From Eledone cirrhosa (Eukaryota), in assembly GCA_964016885.1 (NCBI GenBank), contig OZ024740.1, positions 149,978,001 to 150,042,000 of the forward strand: a DNA stretch of 64,000 nt, in the 5' to 3' direction. The position numbers were made by a program, and so were the translations under genes. Shown in pieces: positions 13,101-26,340 of the stretch. The notes beneath the pieces are model-generated. The model was not told where the DNA came from. It worked only from the letters and a program-made list of their open reading frames with translations, and ran no database searches. The number at the start of each line of letters is the position of its first letter. Positions within the stretch are counted from its first letter, which is position 1.

Positions 13101-16100
13101 CACTCTCTGTACTGAATACTCTCTGTACAGAACACTCTCTGTACTGAACACTCTCTGTACTGAACACTCTCTGTACAGTACACTCTCTGTACAGAACACT
13201 CTCTGTACTGAACACTCTCTGTACTGAACACTCTCTGTACTGAACACTCTCTGTACAGAACACTCTCTGTACTGAACACTATCTGTACTGAACACTCTCT
13301 GTACTGAACACTCTCTGTACTGAACACTCTCTGTACTGAACACTCTGTACTGAACACTCTGTACTGAACACTCTCTGTACTGAACACTCTCTGTACTGAA
13401 CTCTCTCTGTACTGAACACTCTGTACTGAACACTCTCTGTACTGAACACTCTTTGTACTGAACATTCTCTGTACTGAACACTCTCTGTACTGAACACTCT
13501 CTGTACTGAACACTCTCTGTACTGAACACTCTCTGTACTGAACACTCTGTACTGAACACTCTCTGTACTGAACACTCTCTGTACTGAACACTCTCTGTAC
13601 TGAACACTCTCTGTACTGAACACTCTCTGTACTGAACACTCTGTACTGAACACTCTCTGTACTGAACACTCTCTGTACTGAACACTCTCTGTACTGAACA
13701 CTCTCTGTACTGAACACTCTGTACTGAACACTCTCTGTACTGAACACTCTCTGTACTGAACACTCTCTGTACAGAACACTCTCTGTACTGAACACTCTCT
13801 GTACTGAACACTCTCTGTACTGAACACTCTGTACTGAACACTCTCTGTACTGAACACTCTCTGTACTGAACACTCTCTGTACTGAACACTCTCTGTTCTG
13901 AACACTCTCTGTACTGAACACTCTTTACTGAACACTTTCTGTACTGAACACTCTCTGTACTGAACACTCTCTGTACTGAACACTCTCTGTACTAAACACT
14001 CTGTACTGAACACTCTCTGTACAGAACACTCTCTGTACAGAACACTCTCTGTACTGAACACTCTCTGTACTGAACACTCTCTGTACTGAACACTCTCTGT
14101 ACTGAACACTCTCTGTACAGAACACTCTCTGTACTGAACACTCTCTGTACTGAACACTCTCTGTACTGAACACTCTCTGTACTGAACACTCTCTGTACTG
14201 AACACTCTGTACTGAACACTCTCTGTACAGAACACTCTCTGTACAGAACACTCTCTGTACTGAACACTCTCTGTACTGAACACTCTCTGTACTGAACACT
14301 CTCTGTACTGAACACTCTCTGTACAGAACACTCTCTGTACTGAACACTCTCTGTACTGAACACTCTCTGTACTGAACACTCTCTGTACTGAACACTCTCT
14401 GTACTGAACACTCTGTACTGAACACTCTCTGTACTGAACACTCTCTGTACTGAACACTCTCTGTACTGAACACTCTCTGTACTGAACACTCTGTACTGAA
14501 CACTCTCTGTACTGAACACTCTCTGTACTGAACACTCTCTGTACTGAACATTCTCTGTACTGAACACTCTCTGTACTGAACACTCTCTGTACTGAACACT
14601 CTGTACTGAACACTCTCTGTACTGAACACTCTCTGTACTGAACACTCTCTGTACTGAACACTCTCTGTACTGAACACTCTGTACTGAACACTCGCTGTAC
14701 TGAACACTCTCTGTACTGAACACTCTCTGTACTGAACACTCTCTGTACTGAACACTCTGTACTGAACACTCTGTACTGAACACTCTCTGTACTGAACACT
14801 CTCTGTACTGAACTCTCTCTGTACTGAACATTCTGTACTGAACACTCTCTGTACTGAACACTCTTTGTACTGAACATTCTCTGTACTGAACACTCTCTGT
14901 ACTGAACACTCTCTGTACTGAACACTCTCTGTACTGAACACTCTGTACTGAACACTCTCTGTACTGAACACTCTCTGTACAGAACACTCTCTGTACTGAA
15001 CACTCTCTGTACTGAACACTCTCTGTACAGTACACTCTCTGTACAGAACACTCTCTGTACTGAACACTCTCTGTACTGAACACTCTCTGTACTGAACACT
15101 CTCTGTACTGAACACTCTCTGTACTGAACACTATCTGTACTGAACACTCTCTGTACTGAACACTCTCTGTACTGAACACTCTCTGTACTGAACACTCTGT
15201 ACTGAACACTCTGTACTGAACACTCTCTGTACTGAACACTCTCTGTACTGAACTCTCTCTGTACTGAACACTCTGTACTGAACACTCTCTGTACTGAACA
15301 CTCTTTGTACTGAACATTCTCTGTACTGAACACTCTCTGTACTGAACACTCTCTGTACTGAACACTCTCTGTACTGAACACTCTCTGTACTGAACACTCT
15401 GTACTGAACACTCTCTGTACTGAACACTCTATGTACTGAACACTCTCTGTACTGAACACTCTCTGTACTGAACACTCTGTACTGAACACTCTCTGTACTG
15501 AACACTCTCTGTACTGAACACTCTCTGTACTGAACACTCTCTGTACTGAACACTCTGTACTGAACACTCTCTGTACTGAACACTCTCTGTACTGAACACT
15601 CTCTGTACAGAACACTCTCTGTACTGAACACTCTCTGTACTGAACACTCTCTGTACTGAACACTCTGTACTGAACACTCGCTGTACTGAACACTCTCTGT
15701 ACTGAACACTCTCTGTACTGAACACTCTCTGTACTGAACACTCTGTACTGAACACTCTGTACTGAACACTCTCTGTACTGAACACTCTCTGTACTGAACT
15801 CTCTCTGTACTGAATACTCTGTACTGAACACTCTCTGTACTGAACACTCTTTGTACTGAACATTCTCTGTACTGAACACTCTCTGTACTGAACACTCTCT
15901 GTACTGAACACTCTCTGTACTGAACACTCTGTACTGAACACTCTCTGTACTGAACACTCTCTGTACTGAACACTCTCTGTACTGAACACTCTCTGTACTG
16001 AACACTCTCTGTACTGAACACTCTGTACTGAACACTCTCTGTACTGAACACTCTCTGTACTGAACACTCTCTGTACTGAACACTCTCTGTACTGAACACT

Positions 16101-19100
16101 CTGTACTGAACACTCTCTGTACTGAACACTCTCTGTACTGAACACTCTCTGTACAGAACACTCTCTGTACTGAACACTCTCTGTACTGAACACTCTCTGT
16201 ACTGAACACTCTGTACTGAACACTCTCTGTACTGAACACTCTCTGTACTGAACACTCTCTGTACTGAACACTCTCTGTTCTGAACACTCTCTGTACTGAA
16301 CACTCTTTACTGAACACTTTCTGTACTGAACACTCTCTGTACTGAACACTCTCTGTACTGAACACTCTCTGTACTGAACACTCTGTACTGAACACTCTCT
16401 GTACTGAACACTCTCTGTACAGAACACTCTCTGTACAGAACACTCTCTGTACAGAACACTCTCTGTACTGAACACTCTCTGTACTGAACACTCTCTGTAC
16501 TGAACAATCTCTGTACTGAACACTCTCTGTACAGAACACTCTCTGTACTGAACACTCTCTGTACTGAACACTCTCTGTACTGAACACTCTCTGTACTGAA
16601 CACTCTGTACTGAACACTCTCTGTACAGAACACTCTCTGTACTAAACACTCTCTGTACTGAACACTCTCTGTACTGAACACTCTCTGTACTGAACACTCT
16701 GTACTGAACACTCTCTGTACTGAACACTCTCTGTACTGAACACTCTCTGTACTGAACACTCTCTGTACTGAACACTCTGTACTGAACACTCTCTGTACTG
16801 AACACTCTCTGTACTGAACATTCTCTGTACTGAACACTCTCTGTACTGAACACTCTCTGTACTGAACACTCTCTGTACTGAACACTCTCTGTACTGAACA
16901 CTCTCTGTACTGAACACTCTGTACTGAACACTCTCTGTACTGAACACTCTCTGTACTGAACACTCTGTACTGAACACTCTCTGTACTGAACACTCTCTGT
17001 ACTGAACACTCTCTGTACTGAACACTCTCTGTACTGAACACTCTCTGTACTGAATACTCTTTGTACTGAACACTCTCTGTACTGAACACTCTCTGTACTG
17101 AACACTCTCTGTACTGAACACTCTCTGTACTGAACACTCTCTGTACTGAACACTGTCTGTACAGAACACTCTCTGTACTGAACACTCTCTGTACTGAACA
17201 CTCTCTGTACTGAACACTCTCTGTACTGAACACACTCTGTACTGAACACTCTGTACTGAACACTCTGTACTGAACACTCTCTGTACTGAACACTCTCTGT
17301 ACTGAACACTCTGTACTGAACACTCTATGTACTGAACACTCTGTACTGAACACTCCCTGTACTGAACACTCTGTACTGAACACTCTCTGTATTGAACACT
17401 CTCTGTACTGAACACTCTCTGTACTGAACACTCTCTTTACTGAACACTCTCTGTACTGAACACTCTCTGTACTGAACACTCTCTGTACTGAACACTCTCT
17501 GTACTGAACACTCTCTGTACTGAACACACTCTGTACTGAACACTCTCTGTACTGAACACTCTGTACTGAACACTCTCTGTACTGAACACACTCTGTACTG
17601 AACACACTCTGTACTGAACACTCTCTGTACTGAACACTCTCTGTACTGAACGCTCTGTACTGAACACTCTCTGTACTGAACACTCTCTGTACTGAACACT
17701 CTCTGTACTGAACACTCTCTGTACTGAACACTCTCTGTACTGAACACTCTCTGTACTGAACACTCTCTGTACTGAATACTCTCTGTACAGAACACTCTCT
17801 GTACTGAACACTCTCTGTACTGAACACTCTCTGTACAGTACACTCTCTGTACAGAACACTCTCTGTACTGAACACTCTCTGTACTGAACACTCTCTGTAC
17901 TGAACACTCTCTGTACAGAACACTCTCTGTACTGAACACTATCTGTACTGAACACTCTCTGTACTGAACACTCTCTGTACTGAACACTCTCTGTACTGAA
18001 CACTCTGTACTGAACACTCTGTACTGAACACTCTCTGTACTGAACACTCTCTGTACTGAACTCTCTCTGTACTGAACACTCTGTACTGAACACTCTCTGT
18101 ACTGAACACTCTTTGTACTGAACATTCTCTGTACTGAACACTCTCTGTACTGAACACTCTCTGTACTGAACACTCTCTGTACTGAACACTCTCTGTACTG
18201 AACACTCTGTACTGAACACTCTCTGTACTGAACACTCTCTGTACTGAACACTCTCTGTACTGAACACTCTCTGTACTGAACACTCTCTGTACTGAACACT
18301 CTGTACTGAACACTCTCTGTACTGAACACTCTCTGTACTGAACACTCTCTGTACTGAACACTCTCTGTACTGAACACTCTGTACTGAACACTCTCTGTAC
18401 TGAACACTCTCTGTACTGAACACTCTCTGTACAGAACACTCTCTGTACTGAACAATCTCTGTACTGAACACTCTCTGTACTGAACACTCTGTACTGAACA
18501 CTCTCTGTACTGAACACTCTCTGTACTGAACACTCTCTGTACTGAACACTCTCTGTTCTGAACACTCTCTGTACTGAACACTCTTTACTGAACACTTTCT
18601 GTACTGAACACTCTCTGTACTGAACACTCTCTGTACTGAACACTCTCTGTACTAAACACTCTGTACTGAACACTCTCTGTACAGAACACTCTCTGTACAG
18701 AACACTCTCTGTACTGAACACTCTCTGTACTGAACACTCTCTGTACTGAACACTCTCTGTACTGAACACTCTCTGTACAGAACACTCTCTGTACTGAACA
18801 CTCTCTGTACTGAACACTCTCTGTACTGAACACTCTCTGTACTGAACACTCTCTGTACTGAACACTCTGTACTGAACACTCTCTGTACAGAACACTCTCT
18901 GTACAGAACACTCTCTGTACTGAACACTCTCTGTACTGAACACTCTCTGTACTGAACACTCTCTGTACTGAACACTCTCTGTACAGAACACTCTCTGTAC
19001 TGAACACTCTCTGTACTGAACACTCTCTGTACTGAACACTCTCTGTACTGAACACTCTCTGTACTGAACACTCTGTACTGAACACTCTCTGTACTGAACA

Positions 19101-22100
19101 CTCTCTGTACTGAACACTCTCTGTACTGAACACTCTCTGTACTGAACACTCTGTACTGAACACTCTCTGTACTGAACACTCTCTGTACTGAACACTCTCT
19201 GTACTGAACATTCTCTGTACTGAACACTCTCTGTACTGAACACTCTCTGTACTGAACACTCTGTACTGAACACTCTCTGTACTGAACACTCTCTGTACTG
19301 AACACTCTCTGTACTGAACACTCTCTGTACTGAACACTCTGTACTGAACACTCGCTGCACTGAACACTCTCTGTACTGAACACTCTCTGTACTGAACACT
19401 CTCTGTACTGAACACTCTGTACTGAACACTCTGTACTGAACACTCTCTGTACTGAACACTCTCTGTACTGAACTCTCTCTGTACTGAACATTCTGTACTG
19501 AACACTCTCTGTACTGAACACTCTTTGTACTGAACATTCTCTGTACTGAACACTCTCTGTACTGAACACTCTCTGTACTGAACACTCTCTGTACTGAACA
19601 CTCTGTACTGAACACTCTCTGTACTGAACACTCTCTGTACAGAACACTCTCTGTACTGAACACTCTCTGTACTGAACACTCTCTGTACTGAACACTCTGT
19701 ACTGAACACTCTCTGTACTGAACACTCTCTGTACTGAACACTCTCTGTACTGAACACTCTCTGTTCTGAACACTCTCTGTACTGAACACTCTTTACTGAA
19801 CACTTTCTGTACTGAACACTCTCTGTACTGAACACTCTCTGTACTGAACACTCTCTGTACTAAACACTCTGTACTGAACACTCTCTGTACAGAACACTCT
19901 CTGTACAGAACACTCTCTGTACTGAACACTCTCTGTACTGAACACTCTCTGTACTGAACACTCTCTGTACTGAACACTCTCTGTACAGAACACTCTCTGT
20001 ACTGAACACTCTCTGTACTGAACACTCTCTGTACTGAACACTCTCTGTACTGAACACTCTCTGTACTGAACACTCTGTACTGAACACTCTCTGTACAGAA
20101 CACTCTCTGTACAGAACACTCTCTGTACTGAACACTCTCTGTACTGAACACTCTCTGTACTGAACACTCTCTGTACTGAACACTCTCTGTACAGAACACT
20201 CTCTGTACTGAACACTCTCTGTACTGAACACTCTCTGTACTGAACACTCTCTGTACTGAACACTCTCTGTACTGAACACTCTGTACTGAACACTCTCTGT
20301 ACTGAACACTCTCTGTACTGAACACTCTCTGTACTGAACACTCTCTGTACTGAACACTCTGTACTGAACACTCTCTGTACTGAACACTCTCTGTACTGAA
20401 CACTCTCTGTACTGAACACTCTGTACTGAACACTCTCTGTACTGAACACTCTCTGTACTGAACACTCTCTGTACAGAACACTCTCTGTACTGAACACTCT
20501 CTGTACTGAACACTCTCTGTACTGAACACTCTGTACTGAACACTCTCTGTACTGAACACTCTCTGTACTGAACACTCTCTGTACTGAACACTCTCTGTTC
20601 TGAACACTCTCTGTACTGAACACTCTTTACTGAACACTTTCTGTACTGAACACTCTCTGTACTGAACACTCTCTGTACTGAACACTCTCTGTACTGAACA
20701 CTCTGTACTAAACACTCTCTGTACTGAACACTCTCTGTACAGAACACTCTCTGTACAGAACACTCTCTGTACTGAACACTCTCTGTACTGAACACTCTCT
20801 GTACTGAACACTCTCTGTACTGAACACTCTCTGTACAGAACACTCTCTGTACTGAACACTCTTTGTACTGAACACTCTCTGTACTGAACACTCTCTGTAC
20901 TGAACACTCTCTGTACTGAACACTCTGTACTGAACACTCTCTGTACTGAACACTCTCTGTACTGAACACTCTCTGTACTGAACACTCTCTGTACTGAACA
21001 CTCTGTACTGAACACTCTCTGTACTGAACACTCTCTGTACTGAACACTCTCTGTACTGAACACTCTCTGTACTGAACACTCTCTGTACTGAACACTCTGT
21101 ACTGAACACTCTCTGTACTGAACACTCTCTGTACTGAACACTCTCTGTACTGAACACTCTCTGTACTGAACACTCTGTACTGAACACTCTCTGTACTGAA
21201 CACTCTCTGTACTGAACATTCTCTGTACTGAACACTCTCTGTACTGAACACTCTCTGTACTGAGCACTCTCTGTACTGAACACTCTCTGTACTGAACACT
21301 CTCTGTACTGAACACTCTGTACTGAACACTCTCTGTACTGAACACTCTCTGTACTGAACACTCTCTGTACTGAACACTCTCTGTACTGAACACTCTCTGT
21401 ACTGAACACTCTGTACTGAACACTCTCTGTACTGAACACTCTCTGTACTGAACACTCTCTGTACTGAACACTCTGTATTGAACACTCTCTGTACTGAACA
21501 CTCTCTGTACTGAACACTCTGTACTGAACACACTCTGTACTGAACACACTCTGTACTGAACACTCTCTGTACTGAACACTCTCTGTACTGAACACTCTCT
21601 GTACTGAACACTCTCTGTACTGAACACTCTGTACTGAACACTCTCTGTACTGAACACTCTCTGTACTGAACACTCTCTGTACTGAACACTCTCTGTACTG
21701 AACAATCTGTACTGAACACTCTCTGTACTGAACACTCTCTGTACTGAACACTTTCTGTACTGAACACTCTCTGTACTGAACACTCTCTGTACTGAACACT
21801 CTCTGTACTGAACACTCTCTGTACTGAACACTCTCTGTACTGAACACTCTCTGTACTGAACACTCTCTGTACTGAACACTCTGTACTGAACACTCTCTGT
21901 ACTGAACACTCTCTGTACTGAACACACTCTGTACTGAACACTCTCTGTACTGAACACTCTCTGTACTGAACACTCTCTGTACTGAACACACTCTGTACTG
22001 AACACTCTCTGTACTGAACACTCTCTGCACTGAACACTCTCTGTACTGAACACTCTGTACTGAACACTCTCTGTACTGAACACTCTCTGTACTGAACACT

Positions 22101-25100
22101 CTCTGTACTGAACACTCTCTGTTCTGAACACTCTCTGTACTGAACACTCTTTACTGAACACTTTCTGTACTGAACACTCTCTGTACTGAACACTCTCTGT
22201 ACTGAACACTCTCTGTACTGAACACTCTGTACTGAACACTCTCTGTACTGAACACTCTCTGTACAGAACACTCTCTGTACAGAACACTCTCTGTACTGAA
22301 CACTCTCTGTACTGAACACTCTCTGTACTGAACACTCTCTGTACTGAACACTCTGTACTGAACACTCTCTGTACTGAACACTCTCTGTACTGAACACTCT
22401 CTGTACTGAACACTCTCTGTACTGAACACTCTGTACTGAACACTCTCTGTACTGAACACACTCTGTACTGAACACTCTCTGTACTGAACACTCTCTGTAC
22501 TGAACACTCTCTGTACTGAACACTCTCTGTACTGAACACTCTGTACTGAACACTCTCTGTACTGAACACTCTCTGTACTGAGCACTCTCTGTACTGAACA
22601 CTCTCTGTACTGAACACTCTCTGTACTGAACACTCTGTACTGAACACTCTCTGTACTGAACACTCTCTGTACTGAACACTCTCTGTACTGAACACTCTCT
22701 GTACTGAACACTCTCTGTACTGAACACTCTGTACTGAACACTCTCTGTACTGAACACTCTCTGTACTGAACACTCTCTGTACTGAACACTCTGTATTGAA
22801 CACTCTCTGTACTGAACACTCTCTGTACTGAACACTCTGTACTGAACACACTCTGTACTGAACACACTCTGTACTGAACACTCTCTGTACTGAACACTCT
22901 CTGTACTGAACACTCTCTGTACTGAACACTCTCTGTACTGAACACTCTGTACTGAACACTCTCTGTACTGAACACTCTCTGTACTGAACACTCTCTGTAC
23001 TGAACACTCTCTGTACTGAACAATCTGTACTGAACACTCTCTGTACTGAACACTCTCTGTACTGAACACTTTCTGTACTGAACACTCTCTGTACTGAACA
23101 CTCTCTGTACTGAACACTCTCTGTACTGAACACTCTCTGTACTGAACACTCTCTGTACTGAACACTCTCTGTACTGAACACTCTCTGTACTGAACACTCT
23201 GTACTGAACACTCTCTGTACTGAACACTCTCTGTACTGAACACACTCTGTACTGAACACTCTCTGTACTGAACACTCTCTGTACTGAACACTCTCTGTAC
23301 TGAACACACTCTGTACTGAACACTCTCTGTACTGAACACTCTCTGCACTGAACACTCTCTGTACTGAACACTCTGTACTGAACACTCTCTGTACTGAACA
23401 CTCTCTGTACTGAACACTCTCTGTACTGAACACTCTCTGTTCTGAACACTCTCTGTACTGAACACTCTTTACTGAACACTTTCTGTACTGAACACTCTCT
23501 GTACTGAACACTCTCTGTACTGAACACTCTCTGTACTGAACACTCTGTACTGAACACTCTCTGTACTGAACACTCTCTGTACAGAACACTCTCTGTACAG
23601 AACACTCTCTGTACTGAACACTCTCTGTACTGAACACTCTCTGTACTGAACACTCTCTGTACTGAACACTCTGTACTGAACACTCTCTGTACTGAACACT
23701 CTCTGTACTGAACACTCTCTGTACTGAACACTCTCTGTACTGAACACTCTGTACTGAACACTCTCTGTACTGAACACTCTCTGTACTGAACACTCTCTGT
23801 ACTGAACACTCTCTGTACTGAACACTCTCTGTACTGAACACTCTCTGTACTGAACACTCTGTACTGAACACTCTCTGTACTGAACACTCTCTGTACTGAA
23901 CACTCTCTGTACTGAACACTCTCTGTACTGAACACTCTGTACTGAACACTCGCTGTACTGAACACTCTCTGTACTGAACACTCTCTGTACTGAACACTCT
24001 CTGTACTGAACACTCTGTACTGAACACTCTGTACTGAACACTCTCTGTACTGAACACTCTCTGTACTGAACTCTCTCTGTACTGAACACTCTGTACTGAA
24101 CACTCTCTGTACTGAACACTCTTTGTACTGAACATTCTCTGTACTGAACACTCTCTGTACTGAACACTCTCTGTACTGAACACTCTCTGTACTGAACACT
24201 CTGTACTGAACACTCTCTGTACTGAACACTCTCTGTACTGAACACTCTCTGTACTGAACACTCTCTGTACTGAACACTCTCTGTACTGAACACTCTGTAC
24301 TGAACACTCTCTGTACTGAACACTCTCTGTACTGAACACTCTCTGTACAGAACACTCTCTGTACTGAACACTCTCTGTACTGAACACTCTCTGTACTGAA
24401 CACTCTGTACTGAACACTCTCTGTACTGAACACTCTCTGTACTGAACACTCTCTGTACTGAACACTCTCTGTTCTGAACACTCTCTGTACTGAACACTCT
24501 TTACTGAACACTTTCTGTACTGAACACTCTCTGTACTGAACACTCTCTGTACTGAACACTCTCTGTACTGAACACTCTGTACTGAACACTCTCTGTACTG
24601 AACACTCTCTGTACAGAACACTCTCTGTACAGAACACTCTCTGTACTGAACACTCTCTGTACTGAACACTCTCTGTACTGAACACTCTCTGTACTGAACA
24701 CTCTCTGTACAGAACACTCTCTGTACTGAACACTCTCTGTACTGAACACTCTCTGTACTGAACACTCTCTGTACTGAACACTCTCTGTACTGAACACTCT
24801 GTACTGAACACTCTCTGTACTGAACACTCTCTGTACTGAACACTCTCTGTACTGAACACTCTCTGTACTGAACACTCTGTACTGAACACTCTCTGTACTG
24901 AACACTCTCTGTACTGAACACTCTCTGTACTGAACACTCTCTGTACTGAACACTCTCTGTACTGAACACTCTCTGTACTGAACACTCTGTACTGAACACT
25001 CTCTGTACTGAACACTCTCTGTACTGAACACTCTCTGTACTGAACACTCTCTGTACTGAACACTCTGTACTGAACACTCGCTGTACTGAACACTCTCTGT

Positions 25101-25964
25101 ACTGAACATTCTCTGTACTGAACACTCTCTGTACTGAACACTCTCTGTACTGAGCACTCTCTGTACTGAACACTCTCTGTACTGAACACTCTCTGTACTG
25201 AACACTCTGTACTGAACACTCTCTGTACTGAACACTCTCTGTACTGAACACTCTCTGTACTGAACACTCTCTGTACTGAACACTCTCTGTACTGAACACT
25301 CTGTACTGAACACTCTCTGTACTGAACACTCTCTGTACTGAACACTCTCTGTACTGAACACTCTGTATTGAACACTCTCTGTACTGAACACTCTCTGTAC
25401 TGAACACTCTGTACTGAACACACTCTGTACTGAACACACTCTGTACTGAACACTCTCTGTACTGAACACTCTCTGTACTGAACACTCTCTGTACTGAACA
25501 CTCTCTGTACTGAACACTCTCTGTACTGAACACTCTGTACTGAACACTCTCTGTACTGAACACTCTCTGTACTGAACACTCTCTGTACTGAACAATCTGT
25601 ACTGAACACTCTCTGTACTGAACACTCTCTGTACTGAACACTTTCTGTACTGAACACTCTCTGTACTGAACACTCTCTGTACTGAACACTCTCTGTACTG
25701 AACACTCTCTGTACTGAACACTCTCTGTACTGAACACTCTGTACTGAACACTCTCTGTACTGAACACTCTCTGTACTGAACACACTCTGTACTGAACACT
25801 CTCTGTACTGAACACTCTATGTACTGAACACTCTCTGTACTGAACACACTCTGTACTGAACACTCTCTGTACTGAACACTCTCTCTACTGAACACTCTCT
25901 GTACTGAACACTTTCTGTACTGAACACTCTCTGTACTGAACACTCTCTGTACTGAACACTCTCT
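7167..25964. repeat. ~18.8 kb satellite of 16-bp (ACTGAACACTCTCTGT) and 14-bp (ACTGAACACTCTGT) units, roughly 1200 units, with kb-scale internal duplications
   Basis: Direct reading; unit count estimated from length only. Confidence 0.98.
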
Positions 25965-26232
25965 AGATTTGTATGCCCTTGAGAAGCCCTTTTCGGGCGA
26001 AACGTACGGAGGTGCTTTTGTATAGACATGTTCTAACGGTCTATAATCTCCTTTGTAATCCTTTCATTTGTAACCACTCTGTTTATATTCTCGCCCACTA
26101 AATATTAACGCTTCCTATATTTAACCCTGCAGGCACTAGTATTGAGCACAAATGCACCAGCTTTTGGCAACTAACTATATGTATCGCTTATCCCTCTAAA
26201 CCTCTACTCTCTCATGATACTAAAATATTCTC
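25946..26232 (+). mobile_element. Right arm of the inverted repeat (25946-26067) plus a ~165-bp extension ending in (TA)n; probable 3' end of a Penelope-like element
   Basis: Inverted match to 6977-7098, HHR motif, ends at a TA microsatellite like the PLE at 33.9 kb. Confidence 0.65.
25974..26015 (+). ncRNA. Hammerhead motif, U3-A8 variant; cleavage triplet mutated (GGA), probably inactive
   Basis: UGCCC-UUGAGAA-GCCC(UUUUC)GGGC-GAAA-CGUACG-GA-GGUGC. Confidence 0.62.
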
Positions 26233-26340
26233 TCTATATATATATATAAAACGAAGGAAGTGTGGTAAGCAACCAGATGGACCATAACGCACCAGAGTAC
26301 TCAATACTTAGGGTAGTAGAGTGGGTAATAGGAAAATGTT

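Noticed and set aside
7167-25964. CRISPR-like array
   Set aside because: No unique spacers, no cas genes, eukaryotic context
7167-25964. Canonical telomere repeat
   Set aside because: The unit is not TTAGGG-like and the array is internal
7148-26029. Very long minus-strand ORFs (up to 2403 aa, RVFSTESVQYRECSVQ repeats)
   Set aside because: Artefact of a stop-free 16/14-bp repeat that is open in all three frames, with random frame switching
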